Source of the DNA: Paragordius varius
Lineage: Eukaryota; Animalia; Nematomorpha
NCBI GenBank assembly: GCA_964247055.1
Contig: OZ176050.1
Span: 7,502,001-7,566,000 of the forward strand
Direction of reading: 5' to 3'
DNA length: 64,000 nt
The notes beneath the pieces were generated by a model. The model had not been told where the DNA came from and did no database searches. It saw only the letters and a list, made by a program, of their open reading frames with translations. The translations under genes were made by a program, and so were the position numbers. Positions within the stretch are counted from its first letter, which is position 1. Every line of letters starts with the position of its first letter. This document shows positions 1 to 12,863 of the stretch, one piece after another.

Positions 1-678
1 CTTTCAAAAGTAATATTTTGTTCTTCCGGATTAAAAGGCCCATTCCGATAAATGTTCAAATTTTGATTTGCTGCATGAGATGAATCTTGATCTAAAAATT
101 ATACCCATTACGATAAACTTGAATAGTATATAACTTTTGTGTTTGTTTGAGATCTATTAAATTAAAAAGGCAAATACCTCATCATGGCTAGTGAGTTGTT
201 GAAATTATCTTTGTTTTCAACAGATCTGCTTTGGCTTAAAAACGTATTGGCAATCTGAACCTTTAATTTTGGGTAAGGTTTCTTAAATTTACAAATTTGA
301 TTATGAAAATTTTTTATGGCTTCAGAACATTCTTCATTGGTGCTAAAAGTAATCAAACTAAATTTTAAATTATTAAATACGCAGTAGATTTATCATTTTT
401 GTCAGTCTTATGTATTCTTTTAATATTTCCAACATTTTCAAATATTTCTCTTATATCATCCTATAATTTTAAATAAGTAAAACTTCCGTCCAAGCTAAAG
501 GTATCAGGTCCACAAATATAGTGGCACTTAATATAAATTAAAATTGTTTACTCATTTCGATGATAATTTTTAGATGGTAAAAAGGATTTGCTTTGGACGT
601 ATGCTTCACACTCGCCTTGGAACATATTTAAATTTAAAATTTGGAAAATGGGTCGAAATACCGAACACTCTAAATCAA
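1..678 (-). CDS. RRM-domain RNA-binding protein, CELF/Bruno- or ELAV-like (partial; continues off the left edge, 5' end uncertain)
   Basis: Minus-strand exons 678(or ATG 625)-552, 526-484, 460-381 and 357-178 are joined by GT-AG introns of 25, 23 and 23 nt. They give ...HRNDATIFVDLIPLAWTEDDIREIFENVGNIKRIHKTDKNDKSTALITFSTNEECSEAIKNFHNQICKFKKPYPKLKVQIA, a complete RRM fold (RNP2 TIFVDLIP, RNP1-like STALITF) most reminiscent of CELF RRM1. A further 24-nt GT-AG intron is likely at 177-154; splicing downstream of it is ambiguous. Confidence 0.75.
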
Positions 679-1337
679 CTGATGATAAAAAATTATTTAA
701 AAATTAAATAAATTTAGATACACTAAATAAATGATTTCTTTCAAAAATTTGGGATTTTAAGGCTTTTTAACCAATTGTTAAATTAATTATATTTTCTGAT
801 GTGGGGTATTTTAATACAAAATACATTACAAATGTAGTTTAGAAATATAGGCTTAAAACAAATTGTGTCATGGGGGGTATTTCAAAATATGCAGCAGACA
901 ATGAACCATATAATTCCCAAATAAGCACAATTATCTACAAATATTGCTAATTATACCTTGTTCATTAATACTGATGTTTTAATATGATAAATTTAATTAT
1001 CTATTAAAAATAATTAGAAAAACATTTATATGTTGTGCATAAAAAATTTTTTAAGTTTTATAAAATATAACTTTCGTATTTCCTCTAACATATATTAGTA
1101 AATGTTTGATATATTGGCTCCATATAGAAAAATATTTTAATAAGTAACACAATGAAGACAAAAAATACTAAAAGACATATTCTGATTGGATATATCAGGA
1201 TTCTCATGATGGTTTTGTTTTTGTACTTTAACAAGCATAAAAAAAATTTAGTTCTGTGGCAATTAGTCGATATCTAACCAAACTTAGCGCACATGAAAAT
1301 TATTTTTGATAAAAGCTAAATGCTCAATAACATATAA

Positions 1338-2392
1338 CACTGTGTTCGAATCGGGGGGTTCCTAACGAAATATATATTCTGATAAGTAAGGTTAATTGTT
1401 TTGCTTTTAGTTGTGGCTTTGCTAGTTTAAGAAATTTAATTAGTGCTGCATATCAGAAAATGGCAAAATTTGCGTACATTTTTATTTTTTGGTGAAAGCT
1501 AAATGCTTATCAAAAAATATCTCTTAAATATAAATATAAGCTATATAAAACAAAATATAAAAAATTGATTTCAAGATGTTGGCTTCCAAGGTTCGAAAAT
1601 TTTTCGCTCTTCTAAAATGGTCTATAAATAAACGCAAAAATATAGAGATTGTGCGATATGATATGCTATATTTGGTATCACCTAAATTTTTTTAAAAAGG
1701 TGCATGTTTGGTCACAAATTTACTTTTTAAAAGTTTTGTTGAAGCGTACTAGCTATTATCTTTAGGTACGATGGAAACGGTATAAAAACGCTTTTTGATT
1801 TTGTAAAAATACCATTTCTATATAATTTGATGAATTAAAATTCTGAGGTAATAGAAATGTTGACCATCATTGAATGATATAAAACATGTGTTTTAATAAT
1901 ATGTTAAAGTGTTTTTTAACCGTTAGAATTCTTCAAACTAGTATGAAGTGCGCTCCAAATAAATTTTGCTAAAAATTTATTTTGTAAAAGTATGCATTTA
2001 AAAAAATGTTTTTAGTCGATTAGAATCTAACATAAAATTAAAAATTTTACTGCGCAATCTATACGTTTTTGCGTTTCTTTTAAAAGGAATAGGCCCTTTA
2101 AAATGGCGAAGAATTGGGAGCTAACATCGAAAAATTAAAATATTGTTTTGCTTATAAGTAGTTATATATTTTAGAGATATTTTTTGGAATGAAGCATTTA
2201 GCTTTGATCAAAAAATTTTATACAAAAAATATGCTTAAATTTGGCCATTTTTTGATGTGACTCACTTCCCGAAAAGTGTAAATAACTTTCTTATAACACT
2301 CATAGGCCCCAAAACCAAAACTCCATGAGATACCTGATATATTTTTCGATCGGAATATATATATTTTATCATGATTTTTTGTTTACACTGTG
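1338..2392. mobile_element. Long-TIR foldback-like element (family D)
   Basis: Two imperfect inverted arms of roughly 450 bp around a short core; termini CACTGTG / CACAGTG (reverse complement). The same arm recurs at ~2650-3165, ~47500-47885, ~50935-51250, ~60600-61057 and 63810-64000. Confidence 0.55.
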
Positions 2393-3502
2393 TTATATAC
2401 ATTGATTGCCTGTTTTAAGCGATTTAAAAAAATATAGAAAAGATGCCGGCAAAAGGTTTGAGAGGAGAATTTTTTTATCCATTTTTTAAAAAAAAATTGT
2501 GAAATGCGCCTAAAAGGCTAAAGAAAGCATATTTTTGAATTCGGTTCAAAACTTCAAATTTATTTTACGATATTCAAATTTTTATTCGCCCTTGATATAA
2601 AATACCCCAAACAGTAATCGAGTTATCAAAAATTTAGATCATAGAAATGTTCCTCATTGAATTATAAATGTTTTTTCGTTTTTAGTATTCCTCCAAACGG
2701 TATGAAGTACGGTTCAACAATTTGCTAAAATTGATTTTTGAAAAAAATATGCATTTTAAAAATATTTTTAATATCAATATTTTGCATATATTATAATCTC
2801 GCAATCTTGGCTATTTTGCGATTTTTAAATGAATTCCAGTTTAGAAGGGGGAAAATTTGGATTTTCGGAGCCTGCATCTAAAAATTAATTTTTTTAAAAT
2901 ATATTTTTTTTTAATTTGTAGTTTATAATATATATTAGTGATATTTGCTTCTAGCTCAAAAAAATTCTACTTAATGTGCGCAAATTTTGCCATTTTCTGA
3001 TATAAAGCACTTGCCACAGTGTAAATAACTCTCTTAAATCAGTCGTAAGGGCCATAATCGAAATGCGATGATAATCATCTTAATTATTTCTTTAACAATA
3101 TATATATATGTATATAAATATATTTCATCAGGATATATTTTTTGCGGCCAATGTGTTATATAAATTAAAACCAATTTATTTCCGTAATTTATTTACAAGT
3201 TTAGATTTATAAAACTACCCCAAAATTAATCTTCAAAATAAATTGAAATTGAAATGTAATACGTGTTGAATATAGTGAAAATGGCATAATATTTTAAGAT
3301 ATTATGACACCTTTCAACATAAAGTTTCGGAAAGATTTTTTATATATAAAGCTGAGAAAATTTAAAAACACAATATAAATATAATATAAGAGCAAACTAA
3401 CGATTATCAAAATTCTCAGGTGAGAGAAAGCATAATCAAATTATATAGAAAAATGCTTTCTGTGAATCTTAAAATTTATACCCTTTCCAGATGCTTAAAA
3501 CG

Positions 3503-3793
3503 ACGGGGTGTCCAACACACGGCCCTTCAAGACTTCATGTGCGGCCCGCGAAAAATTTGGATTATAATTGCCAATATCCTCACAAAATCTTAGTAAATTT
3601 AACTTTTAAACAATTTTATTTATAAGCCATTTCAATCGGCAAGAACTAGAGGAAATTATTATAATGTGTTTGCATTATAAGCTCTTATGCTTAATAATCC
3701 ATTAAATTATTTGTGAATGCCTCTATATATTTTGAATGCGGCCCGCAGAAGGCAAAAATGAGGCCCACGAAGCCATTATGTTCGACACCCCTG
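3503..3793 (+). mobile_element. hAT (Charlie-like) MITE (family C)
   Basis: Ends (c)GGGGTGTCCAACAC ... GTTCGACACCCCTG with internal GCGGCCCGC motifs; flanks cttaaaac / ctttaaac approximate an 8-bp TSD. CAGGGGTGTCCAA ends resemble hAT-Charlie MITEs. Confidence 0.65.
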
Positions 3794-4336
3794 CTTTAAA
3801 CTATAATAATGAAATATACTTCCGAAATTTTATCAGAATTAAAATTTTGAAGAAAATTATTTTTTTAAAGATTTTTATTTCGATGTCATCATAATCATTT
3901 ATACAGTAAAAATGTTAAATTAATTTTTTTAAACAGCCACTCAAAATTTTTAAAAAACAACAAGTCACTCCGTAACCACCTGTTGGACACCCCTGGGCTA
4001 TATTGTTACGCTATGCCGAATATGTAATAAATTAAAACAATAACCCCCCACCCTTCAAAATAACTTCCATCACGACAGCTTTAAATATAAGTAATGAGCT
4101 AAATCTAAATTATAAATAAGGGACAACTTTTTATACTATTACTGTTTAAAGTGGAGCATATCTTCCCACAAGCTAATTGGCTTATTTGCGTTTGAAGCCA
4201 TCGGGAGCAAAATAATCGAAATTTTAAATTTTATCATTTTAAAAAATTTGGAGAATAACATCAAATATTATCTACTATATCTCAATATCAATATTTTGAA
4301 AATTTCAATTTTAATTTTTTAAAAGGGTCATTGGAA

Positions 4337-6018
4337 CACTTGGATTCAACACATTCATTTAAGTCCTTCGATTCAAATTGGGGTAGTTAGATACCCCAGG
4401 CTAGTTTAAAATTAAATAAAGTAAAAAATATTGAATAAATTGAGGCCATGGCAAAAGTTTGCACTCACATAACATTAATGAACCGAAATATAATAAAAAA
4501 TATATTCTAAAATACTTACTATTACTTATTCAGATGTATAATCCAAGGGTATAAATTTAGCCATTATGACATGTGAGTATAAACTAAATATATTTATGCA
4601 ATATACCACTTTTTCTGTTTATATCAAAGGTAAAAGTGATTTTAATAAAAAGTAAACTTAATTTTAGGCTTAGAATCCAGTAAACACGCATTTTGGGAAA
4701 TAGTAATAAAAATGGCGTCCAAGTAGTTTGAAACGGAACTTTTTTCCCAAACTATATTATTATTTATATAATTTTTACTAGCGTAAATCTCGTGCTGCTA
4801 TGCAGCCCGAGGAAGTCCTTCGGACTTCTGGGGGGGGGGGGAGGGGTGGTTGAAGTTTGGATTTGAATGGGTCTACCGGTTTTCCGGTACCAGATCACAA
4901 AGTTACATGAGGAATCAGTTTTTAGCGGGTAGCTCCTTATCCAGCAGCTATTCAAAGAAACGCATGACTAAAATTTTTGCCTTTTACCATTAAATGCGTG
5001 GAATCCATATTGAATTTTTACGGTCTCATGTCTAGGGCGAAAAATAGATTTGAAAAATTATTTTTGTGGACTTTGTTTTTTTGAAAAAAATGGTATTTTA
5101 CGGGGGTAGCGGGTAAAAAGAGGGCCTAAATCAAAAAAGCGAGACGACTATGTTCAGCGCGATCAAAAATTAAACAAAATTCATAAAATTGAATGGTCCA
5201 ACACCTCCAAAAAATTGACTTAACCCATTTTTCACACGGGGTAGGCCCGAACTGTGGACCTAATTCCAAAAAACTGCGAAGCTATTGTCGGGGCATTCAT
5301 TAATGATTATATTTTTTCGATATTTGGATTTGATTGGGTTCATCGGTTTTCCGGAAACAGATCACAAAGTTACGTGATTACTCAGTTTTTAGCGGGTAGC
5401 TCCTTATCCAGCAGCTATCATCAAAGAAACGCCTGACTAAAATTTTTGCCTTTTAACAGTAAATACGTGGAATCCATATTGAATTTTTACGGTCTCATGT
5501 CTAGGGCGAAAAATAGATTTGAAAAATTATTTTTGTGGACTTTGTTTTTTGAAAAAAATGGTATTTTACGGGGGTAGCGGGTAAAAAGAGGGCCTAAATC
5601 AAAAAAGCGAGACGGCTATGTTCGGCGCAATCGAAAATAACTAAACAAAAATCATATTTGAAATAGAATGGACCAACACGTTCTCCGGAAAATTGTCTCA
5701 AAGACACGATTTTTGTGGACTTCATTTCCAAAAACAACCTGTTTTTCATACGTGGTGGGCCCGAACTGGGGGCCTATTTCAAAAAAAGGGCGAAGCTATT
5801 GTCGGGACATTTATTAATGATTATATTTTTTCGATATTTGGATTTGAATGGGTCTACCGGTTTTCCTGTACCAGATCACAAAGCCAGCATTTTCCATTTT
5901 TATAAATATATAGATTAGGACAGGAGCATAAGTTTAAATTTATGCCGTTTCTTTCAGTAGTTTTTTAAAAATATAAACTTAATTGTCTGGTTTAGATACC
6001 CCAATTCAAATCGAAGTA
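4337..6018 (+). mobile_element. TTAA/piggyBac-like MITE (family A), older copy split by the Helitron
   Basis: cacttggattcaacacattc...ttcgattcaaattggggtagttagatacccc left end; the consensus resumes after 5914 and ends ...ataccccaattcaaatcgaagta. Termini and TSD are degraded. Confidence 0.7.
4778..5914 (-). mobile_element. Non-autonomous Helitron, copy 1 (inserted in a TTAA-MITE)
   Basis: On the - strand it begins TCTATATATTTATAAAAATGG and ends with a GC-rich hairpin CTCGGGCTGCATAGCAGCACGAG followed by ATTTACGCTAG. Inserted between A and T with no TSD. Interior is ~2 tandem units of roughly 470-510 bp. Confidence 0.85.
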
Positions 6019-9000
6019 TTTAGCCATGTATTTTCCCTGCAATCGGACTTCTTATATATAAAGAGATGGCTACTGATCTTATTATTAACAAATGATTGAC
6101 CACTAATAGTTAATATTGTTTATATAAATATTGATATGTTTTTTAAAAAAAAATATTTTTAATATTTAGAAAGGTTTCCATCAAGCACCAAATATGTAGA
6201 ATCCTGAATTTTGTAAATTTTACTTAGAAATGTTAAAAAGTACTTATAAACGGTTATAAATGCGCATCTAATAAAATAAATGATAGTTTTTATCTCAATT
6301 TAAGGATGTTAAAGCCAAATAAAAATGTTTTTTGAATATAAAAAATGACTCTATGTTATGGCTTGCTTACATTTGTAAGACATGACTTTTGAAACTGTAA
6401 ATATATTTTTTTGAAGATGCGTTGTTCAAAAAATTATATTTGTCATATTTTGTATATATTTTTATGATAAAGTTAAATTTGATTTATACAAAAAATAAAC
6501 GTGAACCCTTTAGCTTTATATTAATAAACAACTATTGTTTTATAAATTTTATATAGAGATAATATGAATAATACCAAACCACATACACTACCTGAAATTA
6601 GAGCAAAAATGCCCTTTTTAATCTGTTTTATAAAATTTGCTTTAAACAAATTAATCATAATGCCGACACGCTGTATTGTTGCGTAAGGTGGAAACTTAAC
6701 TTTTATTGGCCTGGATAATTTTTTACATAAACCGTTTTTTGTATCAAATACCGATGCACATTATTTTAAAAATATTATATTATGACTCAAATGATTTTTA
6801 TCAGAGAGATGATTTGGTATATAAAGCGAAATTATTAAATTAAAAATCGTAATATTTTACATTCGTTTTTATATTGTCAAGCTAGATCTTACAAAAATAT
6901 TTTAGGGTAAAATATCAGGAAAAAATATTTTCTCATAATAATTTTATGTATAAAATAATAACAATAACTATTAAGAGTTTTTTATAAAATTAAGCATAGA
7001 ACCTGTAAATTTTTAAAATCACTTTAATGAAAGTTTAATTATTAAATTAGTTCTTATTATAAAGGCATATGATTTTTATCATGTTCTCCAATTTTGTAAA
7101 ATGCCCAATATTTTATATAATAGGTTTTGGCAATAAAAATGTCGTTTTCTCATTAGCAAATAATCATTTTCCAGAACCGGTATTTTAGTATGGTGAACGT
7201 GTAAAATCATTAAAGAAATAGCAAGAAGTTTGTAAGAGTTTTAAACTTAAAATTACAACCGCCCTACTCCGTCGTGTTCTAAAAAAATTGAGTCAACGTA
7301 TTAAGGCATTCCACATCAATTTAGTTCAGTGCCTTTAAGCAAAAAAACACTCGGCAGAGAACACCGCATACAAACAAGAAAAAACTCATATAAAATATCA
7401 ACATATAAATATTTTTCAGGTTTCCTAAAATGTTTTAACTATTATGGTATATAAATTTAAAACCAAATAAAAAATCAGATCAATATGGGATGCCAAATTA
7501 TTTATTACAGAATTTGAAGATTTGTCTTTAACGTAATTTTTCCCATGACTCTTTTAGGAAATTACCATATTTGAAGAAAAAACTCCACTCCACTCCACTC
7601 CAAAGACGCATAAATTAGCAATTAATTGTATATTTGGACACGACATTTATTCTATAATTTATTATCATATATATGTGTAATGCTGCATCAACCGTGTCCT
7701 AAAATACATATATTTTAAGGTGGTATAGTATAACAAAAATCTATTCGTGGGCTTCTTGCAAAAAAATGAATCAGAATGGTGGAAACCTTTGTTGTTGTTT
7801 AATTAATGATGAACACGAGATGTTTTTCCCTTCGCAAACTATACTAGATAATAAATGCATATTTGGCGCAAAAATGCTGGTAAATATATATTACCATTTA
7901 AGTAAGTATATCATCCTAGGATTAAATTATTTTTTACCTGTGCACAAAACTCAAAGCAGGTATATATATATTTGATAACGCAACGCAGTACACCTATAAA
8001 CATAAACATTATTTCGCATAATTAATCAGGTATACGAAGTGTAATATGGGTAAAAAAATGTGTCCTTACTGCATAAATAATGGTTATATTTCAATGCTAA
8101 AATGCACACAACAAATTCCACCTCCTAGTATTTAGATAAGACGAACAAATACAATTTTTATCTCTTCTCACCATTCATTTATATTAATATCATTCCCCGT
8201 ATTTTGGTTAATTTTGGGGAGCCTAAGATATACCTGATAAAATTCATATTTTGCAGAGGTGATATTAATAAATATTCAGGCTTTATAAAATATTATGCAT
8301 AGGATATCTTTCAAAACTATCCTATTTCTTATGAATTCATTGAAGATCTTGCTAAAATGAAGTTTTTATGCGTCAATTTTTATGTAATTACTTGTGTTTG
8401 TAAAGGCCTTCTGCAAGGTTGTAAGATCAGGCAGGTTATTATTTTCTTATGCAATAAACTAAAATTAAATATGACAAACATTTACCATAAAAATATTGTG
8501 AATGCGCATCAAAGCTGAATTAATTTTAGCTGTACAGAAAATAATTTTTAAAAATTAAATATAAACATCATGTTTCAGTATATGGTGACTTTTTCCTTCC
8601 TGCGAAAATCGCATTCGCTTTATCTATTATTACACTATGGTCATTCTTGTCTAATAAAACAATATAAAAAGTCCGACCTCTTTCTTATTTAAACTCCCCT
8701 TGACTGATTTTATATAATTTCTTTTTGTTGTTTTACCACAAATGATCAAGAATTACGTTAAGAACTCAGATCACTATTAATGACTTGGATTATTTAAATA
8801 AATTAAAATTTACATTCTTAATGCTTAGCCCGTTTTTATATAATTGATGTCCCTTCGTGTTTTTTCCACTTAGACACCAAAAAAAAATTGAAACCCTTGC
8901 TATATAATCCATGCCCGTTTAAAAGAGCAAACAAGAATTATCACTTTGAATTGTAATTCAAATTTAGGTTAATCGACATTAGTGAATACTTTTTTTATTA

Positions 9001-9316
9001 AAAACTAGTAGCTTCATCTATGTATAAGATTATTTTAAAAGCATAATTATATATAAAGCTCAAATTCACCCTTGATAAATTTAAATAAACCCTTGATTCT
9101 AATTGCCTAATAAAAAGATTAAAATTTATTTATATTTTTAAAAAGAAATTTTGTAAATTAAAATTGAAAAAATAATTTAATTCATAAAGATATGTTTCAG
9201 ATTAATGATGAGTTATACTTGCCCGACATATAATTTATTTTAGGGTGAGTTTGAATTGTTCAAGGGTAAATTAGAATTATTCGAGGGTAATTTTGAATCG
9301 TAAATGGTATATATAT

Positions 9317-9345
9317 ATGTGTGTGTGTGTGTGTATGTGTGTGTG
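9317..9345. repeat. (TG)n microsatellite
   Basis: gtgtgtgtgtgtgtatgtgtgtgtg run. Confidence 0.9.
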
Positions 9346-11711
9346 CAAGTTAGGGTCCTGATCAAATTTATTTAATACAGATGAAAATAAAATATATAAT
9401 ACATCAAATAATTGTAGGATAGCATATGATATTAAAGAAAGTTTTTGCTGATAGTCACGGCCCATGTCTCACCAATTAATATTTGATGCTCATAAAGGCT
9501 ATTAGTTATTAATTAAATATAATCGAATAAAATGGCTACTTTTACATGCCTTGATTAAAAATTATTTGTACAAATTAAGTTACAAACAATATTATAGATT
9601 ATTTTTAACGTAATAATCCAAATAACATGCCAAAATAATATTTTTATATCTATTGGGTTGGTTCTGACTTCATCGGAATGAATTTACGAATCATGATCCC
9701 AACTCTAACTATAGTTAAAAACCAGAAAAAAGATTTATTCACGTTATATAAAATATAAATTATAAAATATGGTATATTGAAAAAAATGAAAAATCTAATA
9801 AATATCCTTATTGTTTTTTACAATATTTAGTTAACCTTTGTAGCAAGGTGCTTATTGAATAAATGTATATATAAATGATCACACCGGTTATTATTTTTTG
9901 ACAGGCCAAACCCTTACATTTTATTTAAAATGGTTTTTTTACAGAGGTATAGAAGGAAAGAACTTTAGACGGAGGTTTAAAGCTTAAATATTATGATCTA
10001 AACTAGGGTTCGCGGGCTGTTTTAATAATTTTTGGTTTATTATTTATCTTCTAAATAAACCTAATTGATTAAAATTTAATTTTTTATTTTTTTCTCATTT
10101 TTTTAGCACTTTTGCATAAACAAAGCGTATGGACATACCTGTGCTAAACTGTTATATATACAGAATGTAAAAATATAAAGATAATTATTTATCAAAGACA
10201 GCCATACTTTTATAAACCTTATTTTATCTTTTAAAATCATTTAATTAAATGGTAAATTACATATTGATTATGTGGCCAATTTACATATTTATATTATACT
10301 TTGCAGTTTAAAACATTGAGTCATATTTAAAAAAATAAGATTTGAAAAGTATTTTTGTCTTTTAGAAAAAATATTTGTGTTATATTTTCACGTTTTGTCC
10401 GTATAATTTCAAATTTACTGTATTTATACTTAATATACGGATTCTCAAAATTAACTTTAATTTATTACATCTTGTGGTTCAACACAGAAGTTAATTAAGT
10501 ATAAAAAAACTTTCATTAACAACCTAAAAATTATAATTATTATTTTCTTTTATATTTCGGTTTATATGTATCAGAAAACTTAATTATGGATTCGCCTTAT
10601 AACAAAAAAACTCTTCCGAATCAGAACTTCCGATCATTTTTTATGTAATGAAAACAACAATATTTAGGATTTTTTGTCAAAATTTTATATGAAAACTTTA
10701 AAATTTCTCAAAGACTTATTGGCAAACTATACAATAGGAAATATGATATTAAAACGTATAATAAATGGAAAAGGATAAAAACATCTACTATGATATGAAA
10801 AAACCTGAAATCCAATTAAAGGCCTATCATCTACCTTTGTATTAGTTTTATAATAGATTTATACTCACAAATCAAAATTAAAATTTTGCTCTACCCATCT
10901 CTCATAAATTATTTATGGCATATTATTTGTTATATCGCTGATATATTTCATAGAAAGAAACAGACAGATTAATTTTAAAGTTATATATAATAAAAAAAAC
11001 ATGCATGATTCTACCTAAAAAATACACACGAATTTGACGTTAGTTGTTTTTAAAAAGTCTGATGACATATTGCCGTGTAAAATAAATGAATATATGCCTA
11101 AAAAATATTGATTGGGTATTTTTTAATTTTTCGTTTTTTTAATACCTAACCTACCCGTTTTCCTTTCTCGTTTCCCGTGTATCTCTTTAATTAAGTCAAT
11201 TTTGTCAAATGCATAATTAATTATTTATAAATTTGTACCACCTAATCAATGATTAAATCTAGTTAAGTTAATAAACATATTAAGGTGAGGTTTGGCTTCG
11301 TAAAAAGCTATAAATATAAATTTGTCCTCTTTTTATTTAAAAAAGATTAAATTAAAACTTAATATCAAAATCAAAGTTTCGCCGACAATATATTGTGTAC
11401 TTGATAAATTTCATAATATTTATCTTGTCAAGGGTAAAATTATATAAGTAACCCTTATGCTAAAATTATTTCCACCAGAAAAGCCCATAATCATTTCTTA
11501 GATTTTGGATCTTATTGTCAGGATACAATGAAAAAATTAATATTTTATACCGATAGCAATAAAAAAAATTATTTTAATTTTAATTTTACGATTATCAATC
11601 GCCGCATACATAAAATGCCAATCTTTTATAATAGACGCGTAATAATAACCCTAAGTAAAACTTTATAGTAGAATGAGAATTTATCTTATAGAGTTTAATA
11701 TATATAAATTA

Positions 11712-12863
11712 CAGTAAATGTTAATTTTTAATATCAAGAATTTTTTTTTTAATCCATGTGACATTTTTTTATTTTTTTAAAAGTTGTTTTACAAGCATAT
11801 AAAAAATAACACTTACATATATATTTAAATGTACTTACATGTCCCTTTTCGGTACACATATATGAGAGATATATATTAACATTGCAATATGTTCCTCTTC
11901 TCGCTACATTTCTTATTTGAGAAATGGTACATTGCATATGTGTTTTGCCTACTTTGATAAATATTTAGGTTTGATATAACATTTTTAATAAAATTAGGTA
12001 TTAATCAGTATGTTATGTGTTGTGCATACTTTGATTTTTAATTTATAAGTTTATATATTTTTTTTATAAAAAATATTAAGTTTTTATTATTTTGTCAAAA
12101 AGAAATTTAAATAAATGTATAGTTTTTGTGAAAAAGGTAATAGAAAGTTTGCCATCAACATCAGATTCAAACTATGGCACATTAATAACCCAGACTCCAG
12201 AGATAAAAAAAAGTCAGGAAAGATGCCATTTCAATGTGGAAGAATTGATTGAAAACTTAACTCAAATTCTTGAAAATATTCAGCACATTCATTTTCTTAA
12301 GTATTATGAGCACACCAAAAAAATTGTCAAAAATATTTGCTTAAATAAATTACCACTTGTGAAATAATTAATTATAAATGGTATTATTTTACCATTTTTC
12401 GTGACATTTCTCAGTTTAACTAATTTTAGGTGATATAGTGTTTTCAAAAAAAGTCAGCAAAATCAAATCAATGTTTAAATTTGTATAATACAAGTTTTAT
12501 TACGCACATAAGCGATTTACATGTTAATTTCAAATATATTTTTATAGTCTTTTCTGAAATATTTTTTAATTAATATTATAAACTTAATTTTTTATAAAAA
12601 AAATTATATATAAAACCTAAAAAATTATTTAATGAAGTAGCAACACATATGCAATGTTACCAGAGATATGTAGCGAAAAGGGGAACATATTGCAATGTTA
12701 ATATATCTCTCATATATGTGTACCGAAAAGGGACATGTAAGTACATTTAAATATATATGTAAGTGTTATTTTTTATATGCTTGTAAAACAACTTTTAAAA
12801 GGATAAAAAAATGCCACATGGATTAAAAAAAAAATTCTTGATATTAAAAATTAACATTTACTG
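11712..12863. mobile_element. Non-autonomous Tc1/mariner-like element with ~240-bp terminal inverted repeats
   Basis: TA|CAGTAAATGTTAATTTTTAATATCAAG ... CTTGATATTAAAAATTAACATTTACTG|TA. Arms 11712-~11950 and ~12635-12863 are near-identical inverted copies; no recognisable transposase inside. Confidence 0.8.

Noticed and set aside
4764-5918. Short ORFs at 4764, 5254, 5693, 5715 (also 28438, 29297, 53221) as a paralogous small-protein family
   Set aside because: They are translations of the Helitron internal repeat, with frames and stops that differ between copies.
12092-12367. 91-aa ORF as the transposase of the long-TIR element
   Set aside because: No HTH or DDE motif, too short, and the start is a non-ATG codon.
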